Below are positions 1 through 14,800 of a DNA stretch of 64,000 nucleotides, one piece after another. Source of the DNA: the human T2T-CHM13v2.0 reference genome, Homo sapiens; the NCBI RefSeq assembly GCF_009914755.1, contig NC_060932.1. One strand, written 5' to 3'. Made by a program: the position numbers and the translations under genes. The notes under the pieces are model-generated. The model worked only from the letters and a program-made list of their open reading frames with translations. It was not told the DNA's origin and made no database searches. Position 1 is the first letter of the stretch. Each line of letters starts with the position of its first letter.

Positions 1-3434
<3,434 letters not shown>

Positions 3435-5851
3435 CTGATTGCCTCAACGTCCCTGTGAGTTTTTGTCAGCTGACACAGGCCCGTCTTTGGCCCTCCCGCC
3501 ACCCATGGGGGCCCTCCATGAAAGACTCAGGCACCCTTGGCTGAAGCCCAGGGTTCTAGCCCACACCTGAGAGGCCCAGGGTTCTAGCCCACACCTGAGA
3601 GGTACCCCATCATTTTCTGGGAAATGAGAGGCCTCCCTGGGATGAACCAACACCAGCTCAAGCCTCACTGCTTCTCCCCTCTGCAGGCCTTAACATCCCC
3701 CTAAGTTTCTGCCTGGCTGCACTGTCCAGCCTGAAGCCCCACCCTGGCCTGTGTGTGCTCTCTGTGAAATACACACACACCCTGGGCTAAAGCCCGGGGC
3801 TCTAGCTTCCACCCGGTGGGCTCACCGGTGTCTTCCTGCAAGGGAGAGCCTCCCTGGGAAATTCTAGGACCTGCTCTGGCTTTGATGCATCACCCCTCTG
3901 CCTGCTTCAACGTCCCCATGAGTTTCTGACCCCCACACAGGCCCATCTGTGACCCTGCTTCCACCCATGGGGGCCTCCAAGAGAGACACAGACACCTTTG
4001 GCCAGAGTCGGGCCTCTAGCCCCCAGCCGCGGGTGCCCTGGAGGCTTCTGTAAAAAGAGAGACCTCCTGGGGGTACCCAGCACTCGCTCAAGCCTTGCCA
4101 CTTCATTCCTTTGCCTGCCTTAATGTCCCCCTGAGTTTCTGCTGGCCTACAGAGGACTGCCTATGAACCTGCTGCCGCCATTTGGGGCCCTCTGTGAAAG
4201 AAACAAGCACCCTGAGTCAGAGCCCAGAGCTCTAGCCCCCACCCGGGGGCCCCACAGAGGCTTCTGAGAAGGGAGTGGCCTCCCTGTGAGGACCTGGCAC
4301 CTGCTCAGGTCTCGTGTGTCTCCCATCTGCCTGCCTCTAAGACCCCTGAGTTTCTGCCGGTCACCACAGGCCTGCTTTCGAACCTGCCACTGCCCATACG
4401 GGACCTCCATGAGAAACACGGCCATCCTGAGTCAGAGCCAGGGTCTCTAGCTCTCACACCAGGGGAGCCTCAGGGGCTTCTGGGAAGGGAGAGGCCTCCC
4501 TGGGTGCAGCCAGCACCCACTCGGGCCTTGCTGCTTCTCCCCTTTGCCTGCCTCCAAAACCCCTCAGTTTCTGCTTTCCTGCAGAGGCCCCCTTGAGGCC
4601 CCACTGCCGCCTGTGGGTGCCCTTCGCCAAAACCACAGGCAGAGGTCTGAACCCAGGCTCTAGCTCCAACCCAAGGGCACCCCGCGGGCTTCTGGGAGGG
4701 ACAGACCTCCCTGGGAGGACCCAATACCTGCACAGGAATCACCAATCCTTCCCTCCCCCTGCCTGCCTCAATGTCCCCCTGAGTTTCTGCCTGCCCACAC
4801 AGGCCCACATCTGGCACAGCTGCCACCCATGAGGGTCCTCCGCAAAAGACACAGGCACCCAGGGCCAGAACACAAGGCTCTAGCACCCACCTGGGGGATG
4901 CCCTTACAGCTTCTGTAAAAGAGAGGCCTCCCTGGGTGGATCCAGCACCCACTCAGACCTCGCGGTTTCTCCCCTCTGCCTGCCTCGTTTCCTTGTGTTT
5001 CTGTCAGCCAGCATGGGCCAGTCTGCATCTTCACTGCCACCTGTGGGGGCCCTCCATGAGACACAGGCACCCTGCACTGGATCCCGTGGCTCTAGCCCCC
5101 ACCAGGGGTGTGCTCCAGGGAATTTTGGGAGGCGAGAGGCCTCCCTGGGACTACCCAACACCTGGTCAACCCTAGCGGCTTCTCCCCTCTGCCTACCTCA
5201 ACATCTCCCTGAGTTTTTGCTGGCCCACACAGTTCCGCATGTGGCAACGCCACTTCCCATGGGGGCCCTCCACGAGAGACAGACACCCTGGGTCAGAGCC
5301 CGGAGCTCTAGCCCGCACTTGGAAGCACCACTAGGGATTCTGGGAATGGAGAGTCATCCCTGGGATGACCCAGCACCCGCTCAGTCCTCGCTGCTTCTCC
5401 CCTATGCCTGCCTCAACATCCCTCTGAGTTTCTGCCTGCCCGCACAGGCCATACTGCGGCCCCTACGCCCCGCCTGTGCGGGCCATTCATAAGAGACACT
5501 GTCATCCTGGGCAGGACCTCGGGGCTCTAGCCCCCACCTGAGGGGTGCCTCAGGGGGCTTCTGGAAACTGACAAGCCTCCCTAGGAGGATCCAGCTTATT
5601 CTCAAGCCTGGCCGCTTCTCCCCTCCACCTGCCTCAATGTCCACCTGAATTTCTGCCCAAATGTGAAAGCCCCCCTGCATCCCCACAGCCATCTGTGTAG
5701 GCCCTCCGTGAGAGACAACGTCACCCTGCGCTGGAGCCCGGGCTTTAGGCTCAGATCCGGGGAGCACCCTGTGGTTTTCTGGGAAGAGTGGGGCATCCCT
5801 GGAAGGACCCAGCACACAACCAGGCCTTGCCGCTTCTTCCATCTGCCTGCA
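3435..5851 (-). repeat. Gamma-satellite variant (GSAT/GSATII-related), reverse orientation, ~11 monomers of ~213-221 bp
   Basis: Recurrent 'cttctcccctctgcctgcctcaac...ccctgagtttctgc' and 'gagagacacaggcaccctg' are reverse complements of core motifs of the adjacent forward array. Register marks at 3441, 3687, 3904, 4117, 4333, 4550, 4765, 4982, 5195, 5410 and 5631. Exact subfamily name uncertain. Confidence 0.88.
3546..3601. repeat. Perfect 28-bp tandem duplication inside a gamma monomer
   Basis: gcccagggttctagcccacacctgagag at 3546-3573 and 3574-3601; it lengthens this monomer to 246 bp. Confidence 0.95.
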
Positions 5852-8800
5852 GAAGGCCCCCACAAGCGAAAACGCGTCTGCTGTGTGGCGTGGGTGGGCC
5901 ACAGGGACTCAGTGGTTCACTGAAGCAGGCAGAAGGGAGAAGCGGTGAGACTGCATGGAAAGCTGGGAGCCTCCCAAGGAGGCCTCTCCCATCCCAGAAG
6001 CCCCAAACTCTGTACTGGGCAAGTTGTAAAGCCACAGGCTTTGGAGCAGGGTGGCTGTGTCTCTTGCGGAAGGCCACCACAGGCGAAAACAGGGACACAG
6101 GGTGGCTGTGAGCAGGCGGCAGTGATGCAGGGGGAAGTTGAGGCAGGTAGAGGGGAGAAGCGGCGAAACAGCAGGAAATGCTGGGAGCCTCCCAAGAAAG
6201 CCTCTTTCATCCCAGAAACCCCCTGGGTGGTCCCGGGCTGGTTGCAAAGACCCAGGGTTTGGGAGAGGGTGCCTGTGTCTGACACTGAAGGACCCCAGAA
6301 GAGAAAATGGGGCTGCAGGGTGGCGAGGGCAGGTCACAGGGACTGAGGGGGATGTTGAGGCAGGCAGAAGGGAGAAGCAGTGAGACCACAGGAAATACTT
6401 GGAGCCTCCCAAAAAGATCTCTTCCATCCCAGAAGCACCCAGGGCTGTCCTGGGCAGGCTGTAAAGCCCTGAGCTTTGGAGCAGGATGCCTGTGTAGCTC
6501 GTGGAATGCAAACACTTGTGAAAACGGGGCTCCAGATAGGAGTGGGAGGGCTGTAGGGATTCAGGGGCGACATTGAGGCAGGCAGAGGGGAGAAGCGGCG
6601 TGACAACGGGGAATGGTGGGAGCCTCCCAGGGAGGAGTCTCCCATCTGAGAAGCCCCCAGAACTGTCCCAGGAGGGCTATAAAGCCCCTGGCTTGGGAGC
6701 AGGGTGCCTTTGTTTTTCGTGGAAGGTCCCCACAGGCAAAAACGGGGCCACAGGGTGGTGTGGGCCAGCCGCAGGGACTCAGGGGGAACTTAAGGCAGGC
6801 AGAGGGGAGAAGTGGTAAGACCACAGGGAATGCTGGGAGCCTCCCAAGGAGTCTTCTCCCATCCCAGAATCCCCCAGGGTTTTCTTGGGTGAGCCGTGAA
6901 GCCCCAGGTGTTGAAGCAGTGTGCCAATGTCTCTCGCGGAAGACACCCACAAGTGAAAACCGGGTGGCAGTGTGGGGTGGGCTGGCCGCAGGGATTCAGG
7001 AAGACATTGAAACAGGCAGTGTGAGAAGTGGTGAGACTGCAGGAAATGCTGGGAGCCTCCCAAGAACGCCTCTAGCATCCCAGAAGGCCCCACGTCTGTC
7101 CCCGGTGGACAGTAAAGCCCCAGGCTTTTGAACTGGGTGCTAGTGTCACTTGCAGAAGGCCCCCAAGGCAAAAATGGGGCCGTAGCATGGCGTGGTTTGG
7201 CCACAGGGACTCAGGGGAACGTTGAGGCTGGCAGAGGGGAGAAGCAGCGAGACTGCAGGGAAAGCTGGGAGCCTCACAAGAAGGCCTCTCCCATCCCAGA
7301 AGCCCCTAGGTTTATTCCAGGCGGGCCGTAAAGATCCAAGCTTTGGAGCAGCGTGCCTGTGTGTCTTATGGAAGGCCACCACAATCAAACACGGGGCCCA
7401 GGGTGGCATGGGTGGGTGGCAGGGACTGAGGGGATCCTTGATGCAGGCAGAGGAGTAGAAGCGGCAAGACCACAGGAAATGCTGGGAGCCTCACAAGGAG
7501 GACTCTCCCATCACTGAACGCCCCAGGGCTGTCCCTGATGGGATGTAAAGCCCCAAGTGTTGGAGCAGGGTGCTTATGTCTCTTGCAGAAGGCATCCACA
7601 AATAAAAACGGGGAGGCAGGGTGGCATGGGCGGGCTGCTGGGACTCAGGAAAACATTGAGGCAGTCAGACCAGAGAAGTCACGAGAACACAGGGAATGCT
7701 GGGAGCCTCCCCAAAATGCCTCTGTCATCCTAGAAGCCCCCAGAAGAGTCCCGGGAGGGTTATAAAGCCCCAGCCTTTGGAGCAGGATTCCTGTGTCTCT
7801 CGCGGAAGGCCCATACAGGTGAAAACAGGGTAGCAAGGTAGATATGGGCAGGCCACAGCGACTAAGGGAAATGTTGAGGCAGGCAGAGGGGAGAAGTGGT
7901 GAGATTGCAGGGAATGCAGGGATCCTTTCAGAAAGGCCTCTCCCATCTCTGAAGCCCCCAGGGCTGTCCCAGGCGGGCTGTAAAGCTCCAGGATTTAAAG
8001 CAGAGTGCCTGTGTCTCTCGCAGAAGGCTCTGACAAGTGAAAACGGGGCCCCATGATGGAGTGGTTTTGCGGCAGGAACTCAGCGGGACGTTGAGGCATG
8101 CAGAGGGGAGAAGTGGAAACACCGCAGGAAATGCTGGGAGCCTGCCAACGATGTCTCTCCCATTCCAGAACCCCCCAGAGCTGTACCGTGCGGGCTGTAA
8201 AGCCCCAGGGTTTGGAGCAGTGTTCCTGTGTCTCTCACAGAAGTCCCCCACAAGTGAAAACAGGGCCGCTGGGGTGGCGTTGGCGGGCCCCAGGGACTCA
8301 GGGGGATGTTGAGCCAGGCAAAGGGGAGAAGCAGTGAGACCACAGGGAATGCTGGGAGCCTCCCAAGGGTGCCTCTCCCATCTCAGAAGCTCCCAGGGCT
8401 GTCCCAGGCGGGCTGTAAAGCCCCAGGCTTTGGAACAGGGTGCATGTGTCTCTTTCAGAGGGCACCCACAAGGGAAAATGGGGCCGCAGGGTAGCCGTGG
8501 GCAGGCCGCAGTGACTCAAGGGGATGTTGAGGCAGACAGAGGGGAGAATCGGCGAGACGAGAAGGAATGTTGGGAGGTTCCCAGGGAGGCCTCTCCATCC
8601 CAGAAGCCCACAGGGATGTTCCATGCGGACTGTAAAGCCTCAGGTTTTGGAGCAGGGTGTCTGTGTCTCTCGCAGAAGGCCCCCACAAGCGAAAACGGGG
8701 TGGCAGGGTGGCGAGGGCGGGCCACACCGACTCAGGGGGACGTTGAGGCAGGCAGAGGTGAGAAGGGGTGAGACCACAGGAAATCCTGGGAGCCTCTCAA

Positions 8801-11800
8801 AGAGGCTTCTTCTATCCGAGAAGCCCCCGGGGCCATCCCGGGCGGGCTGTAAAGCCCCAGGCTCTAGAGCAGGATGGCTGTGTCACTCGCAAAAGGCCCC
8901 CACAAGAGAAAACTGGGCAACTGGGTGGCGTGGGAGAGCCGCAGGGGGGACTCTGGGGGACGTTGAAGCAAGCAGAGGCAAGAAGCAGTGAGACGACAGG
9001 GAATGCTGGAATCTAACTGGGGAGGCCACTCCCAACCCAGAAGACCCCAGGTTTGTCCCGGTCGGGCGGTAAAGCTTCAGGCTTTGGAGCAGGGTGCCTG
9101 TATCTCCTGCAGAAGGCCTCCACAAGCAAAAACAGAGCTGCAAAGTGGCGTGGGCAGACGGCAGGCACTGAGGGGGACGTTGAAGCAGGAGGCAGTAAAA
9201 TGGGGCCACAGGGTGGCGTGGGCGGGCCACAAGGACTTAGGAGGACGTTAAGGCAGGCAGATTGGAGAAGTGGCAAGACCACAGGGAATGCTGGAAGCCT
9301 CTTAAGGAGGCCTCTCTCATCCCAGAAGCCACCAGGGCTAATCCGGGCGGGCTGTAAACCCCGAGGTTTTGAAGCAGGGTGCCTGTGTCTTTCACCAAAG
9401 GCCCCCACAAGCAAAAACAGTGCCGCAGGGGTGGCATGGGTGGGCTGCAGGGACTCAGGGGGATGTTGAGGCAGGCAGAGAGTAGAAGCTGCGAGACTGC
9501 AGGGAATACTGGAATTTTCCCAAGAGTGCCTCTGTCATCCCAGAAGCCCCCAGGGCTGTCCTGCACAGGCTGTAAAGCCCCCAGGGGTGTTCTGCATGGC
9601 CTGTAAAGCAGGGTGCCTGTGCCTTTCACAGAAAACCCCCTCAAGTGCAAAGGGGGCTGCAGGGCTGTGTGGGCGGGTCGCAAGGACTCAGGGGGACCTT
9701 GAGGCAGACAGAGGGGAGAGGCAGGACAGAAAGGAATGCAGGGAGCCTTTCAAGGATGCCTCTCCCATTTCAGAAGCCCTTATGGCTGTCCCTGGCGGGC
9801 TCTAAAGCCGCAGGCTTTTTAGCCGGGAGAATGTGTCTCTTGCCGAAGGCCCCACAAGCAGAAACAAAGCCACAGGGTGGCGTGGGCAGGCTGCAGGGAC
9901 TCAGGGGGATGTTGAGGCAGGCAAAGGGGAAAAGCGACAAGACTGCATTGAATGCTGCGAGACTCCCAAGGAGGCCTCTCCCATCCCAGAAGCCCCCAAG
10001 GCTGTCCAAATCAGGCTGTAAAGCAGGGTGCCAGTGTCTTTCACAGAAGGCCCCCACAAGTGAAAATGGGGCTGCAGGGTGTTGTGGGTGGTTTGTAGGG
10101 ACTCAGGGGGACATAAGACAGGCAGAGGGCAGAAGCTATGAGACAGCAGGGAATGCTGGCAGCATCCCAAGGAGGCCTCTCACACACCAGAAGCACCACT
10201 GTAAAGCCTCAGGCTTTGGAGAAGAGTGCCTCTGTCTCTCGTGGAAGGCCCCAAAAGTGAAGACGGGGCCACAGGGTCGCGTGATTGGGCTGCAGGGACT
10301 CATGGGGACTTCGAGACAGGCAGAGGGGAGAAGTGGCCACAGCGCAAGGAAGGCTGGGAGCCTCCCAAGGAGGCCTCTCCAATCCCAGAAGCCTCCAGAG
10401 CTGTCTGAGACGGGCTGTTAAGCCCCAAGTTTTAAAGCATGGTGCTTGTGTCTCTCAAGGAAGCCCACACACCCGAAGTGAAAACGAGGCCACAGTGTGG
10501 CCGTGGGCAGGCTAGAGCGACTCAAGGGGACATTGATGCAGGCAGAGGGGAGAAGCAGTGAGACCGCAGGGAATGCTCAAAGCATTCCCAAGGAAGCATC
10601 TCCCGTCCCTGAAACCCATAGGGCTGTTCTGTGTGTGCTGTAAATTCTCAGGCTTTGGAGCAGGGTGCCTGTATCTCTCGCGGAAGGCCCCCGCAAGGAG
10701 AAATGGGTCCACAAGGTGGTGTGGTTGGGCCGCAGATACTCAGGTACTCAGGGGGATGTTGATGTAGGCAAAAAGGAGAAGCATCGAGACTACAGGGACT
10801 ACTGGAAGCCTCCCAAAGGTGACTTTTCCATCCCAGGGGCCCCCATGCCTGGCTTGGGAAGGTTGTAAACCTCAGGGTTTGGAGTAGGGTGGCTGTGTCT
10901 GTCTCTGAAGGCCCCCACAAGCGAAAATGGTGTTGTAGTGTGACGAGGGAGATCACAGGGACTCAGGGAGAAGTTGAGGCAGGCAGAGGGGAGAAGCAGC
11001 AAGACAGCAGGGAAGACTCACAGCCTCCCAAAGAGGCCTCTCTCATCCCAGAAGCCCCCCGGGCTGACCCAGGAAGGCTGTAAAGCCCTAGGCTTTGGAG
11101 CCCCAGGCTTTTGGATGCCTGTGTCTCTTGAGGAAGGCCCCCACAAGTGAAAAAGTGAATAGTGTGGGAGGGTCGCAGGGTCTCAGGGCAAGTTGAGGCA
11201 GGCAGAGGGGAGAAACTGTGAGAATTCAGGGAATGCTGGTAGCCTCCCACAAGGCCCTCTCCAATCCCAGAAGCCCCCAGGGCTTCACCAAGTAGGCTGT
11301 AAAACCCCAGGCTTTGGAGCAAGGTGCCTGTGTCTCTCACGGAAAGTCCCCACAAGCGAAACGGGTTTGCAGAGTGGCATGTGCAGGCCTCAGGGACTCA
11401 GGGGGACACTGAGGCTCAGAGGGGAGAAGCAGTGAGACCGCAGGGAATGCTGGGATCCTCACAAGGATGCCTCTTCTATCCCAGGAGTCCACAAGGCTGT
11501 CCCAGGGGGCATGTAAAGCCCCAGTCTTTGGAGCAGGGTGCCTGTGGAACACGAGGAATACCCCTAGAAGCAAAAACGGGAATGCGGGGTGGCGTGGGCA
11601 GGCAGCAAAAACTCAGGGGGATGTTGAGGCAGGCAGAGGAGAGAAGCAGCAATACCGCAGGCAATGCTGGGAGCCTCCCAAGGACGACTCTTCCATCCCA
11701 AAGTTTCCAGGGCTGTACCGGGAGGGCTGTAAAACCCCAGGCTTTGGAGCAGGGTGCCTGTGTCTCTCGTGGAAGGCCCCCGCAAGCAAAATCGGGACGC

Positions 11801-14800
11801 AGATTGTGTGGGTGGGCCACAAGGACTCAGGGAGACATTAAGGCAGGCAGAGGGGAGAAGCGGCTAGACCACTGGGAGTGCTGGGAGCATTTCAAGGTGG
11901 CTTTTCCCATCCCAGAAGCCCCTGGGCTGTACCTGGTGGTCTGTAAAGCCCTAGGCTTTGAAGCAGACTGCCTGTGTCTCTCAAGAAATGCCCCCACAAG
12001 CAAAAATGGGGCTGCAGGGTGGCGTTCTTGGTTGTAAGGTACTCAGGGGGAACTTGAGGCAGGCAGAGGGAAGACGTGGCATCAAGGCAGGGAATGCTGG
12101 GAGCCTCCCAAAGAGGCCCCTTTCATCCCAGAAGCCTCCAGCGTGTCCTAAGCAAGCTGTAAAGCTGCAGACTTTGGAGCAGGGTGCCCTGTGTCTCTCG
12201 CGGAAGTCCCATAAGTGAAAACAGGGTCACAGGGTGGCCGTGGGCAGGCCACAGAGACTCAGGAGGACATTGAGGCAGGCAGAGAAGAGAATCGGTGAGA
12301 CCGCAGGGAATGCTGGTAGCCTTTCTAGGAGATCTCTCCCATTCCAGAATCCCCCAGGTCTGTCCAGGGAGGGCTGTAAAGCCCCAGTCTTTGGAGCAGG
12401 ATTTCTGTGTCTCCCCTGGAAGGCCCCCACAAGTGAAAACGGGGTTGCAGTGTGGCGTGGGCGGGTGCCAGGGACTAAGGGAGAAGTTGATGCTGGCAGA
12501 GGGAAGAAGCATCGAGACCCCAGGGAATGCTGAGAGCCTCCAATGGATGACTCTCCCATCCCAGAATCCCCCAGGGCTTTCTCAAGCAGGCTGTAAAGTC
12601 CCAGGTGTTGAAGCCGATTGCCTGTGTCTCTCGAAGACCCCCAGAAGTGAAAACGGGGTGCCAGAATGGCGTGGGCGAGACATAGGGACTCAGGAAAACA
12701 TTGAAACAGGCAGTGGTGAGAAGCTGCTAGACCACGGAGAATGCTGGAAGCCTCCCAAGAAGGCCTCTCCCATCCCAGAAGCCCCCAAGTCTGTCCCGGT
12801 TGGTCAGTAAAGCCCCAGGTTTTGGAGTAGGGTACGTGTCTCTTGCGGAAGGCACCAAAAAGCAAAAGCGGGGTCCTTGCGTGGTGTGGTTTAGCTGTAG
12901 GGACTCAGGGGGATGTCTCATGACAGACAGAGGGGAGAAGCGGTGAGACCGCAGGGAATGCTGGGACCCTCCCAAGGAGGCTTCTTCCAACCCAGAAGCC
13001 TCCAGGTCTGTCCCGGGCCGGCTGTAAAGCCCCAGGCTTTGGAGTAGGGTGTCTGTGTCTCTTGCGGAATGCCCCCACAAGCAAAAACGGGGCCTCAGGG
13101 TGGCGTGGGCGGGTTGCAGGGACTCAGGGGATGTTGAGGCAGGCAGAGGAGAGAAGCAGTGAGACAGCAGGAAATGCTGGGAGCCTCCCAAGGAGGCCAC
13201 TTCTATACTAGAAGTCCTCAGGCCTGTCCCAGGCAGGCTGTAAAGCCATGGCTTTGGAGAAGAGTGACTTTTTGTCTTGTGGAAGGCCCCCAGAGGTGAA
13301 AACAGGGACACAGGTGGCGTGGGAGGGTCGCAGAGACTCACGGGGACCTTGAGTTAGGCAGAGGGAAGAAGCAGCGGGACAGCAGGGAATGCTGGGAGCC
13401 TCCCAAGGATGCCTCTCCCATCCCAGAAGCCCCCAACGCTGTTTATGGCAGGCTGTAAAGCCCCAGGCTTTGGAGAAGGGTGCCTGTGTCTCTCGCGGAA
13501 GGTCTCCAGAAGTGAAAATGGAACCGCAGGTTGGCGTGGCCAGGCCGAAGGGACTCAGGGTGACTGTGTCTCTCACAGAAGCTCCCCACAAGCAAAAACG
13601 GGGCCGCAGGTTGGCCATTAGCAGGCCAGAGAGACTCAGGGGGAAGTTGAGGCAGGCAGAGGGAAGAAGTGGTGTGACGGCCGGGAATGCTGGGAGCCTT
13701 CTGAGGAGGCACCTCCTATCCGTGAAGCCCACAGGTCTGTCCCGGGCAGGCTGTAAAGTGTCAGGCTTTGAGCAGGGTGTCTGTGCCTCTCCCGGAAGGC
13801 CCCACAAGCAAAAACGGGGCTGGAGGGTGGCCTGTGTGGGCGACAGGGACTCAGGGAGACGTTGATGAAGGCAGAGGGGAGAAGCGGCAAAATCGCAGGA
13901 CATGCTAAGAGCCTCCAAAGGAGGCCTCTCCCATCCCAGAACCTCCCAGGGCTTTCGGGGGCAGGCTGTAAAACACCAGGCGTTGAAGCAGGGTGCCTGC
14001 GTCTCTCACAGAAGGCCCCCACAAGTGAAAACGGGGCGCCAGAGTGGCATAGGTGAGCTGCAGGGACTCAGGAAGACATTGAGGCAGGCAGTAGTGAGAA
14101 GTGGTGAGACCTCAGGGAATGCTGAAAGACTCCCAAGCAGGCCTCTCCCATCCTAGAAGCCACCAGTTCTGTCCCACGTGGTCTGTAGAGCCCCAGGCTT
14201 TGGAGGACGGTGCGTGTCTCTTGCAGGAGGCCCCCAGAAGCGAAAACAGGGCCGCAGAATGGCGTGGGTGAGTCGCAGGGACTCGTGGGGACCTTGGGGC
14301 AGGCAGAGGGGAGAAGAGGCAGGACAGCAGGGAATGCTGAGATCCTCCAAAGGATGCTTCTCCCATCCCAGAAGCATTTATGGCTTTCCCGGGCAGGCTG
14401 TAAAGCCCCAGGTTTTGGAGCAGGGAGCCTGTGTCTCTTGGCGAAGTTCCCTACTAAAGAAAACGGAGAAGCAGGGTGGCATGGGCGAGCCGCTAGGACT
14501 CAGGGGGAGGTTGAGGCTGGCAGGTGGGAGAAGTGGTGAGACCGCATTGAATGCTGCGAGCCTTCCAAGGAGTCCTCTGTCATCCCAGAAGCCGCCAGGC
14601 CTGTCCAAGGCTGGCTGCAAAGCCGCAGGCTTTGAAGCAGTGGGCCTGTGTCTCTCATGGAATACCCCTCAAGAGAAAACGGGGCTGCAAAGTGGCATGG
14701 GCAGTGGGAGGGACTCAGAAGGACGTTGAGGCAGGCAGAAGGGAGAAGCAGCGAGATGGCTGGGAATGCTGGGATTTTCCCGAGGATGCCTCTCCCATCC

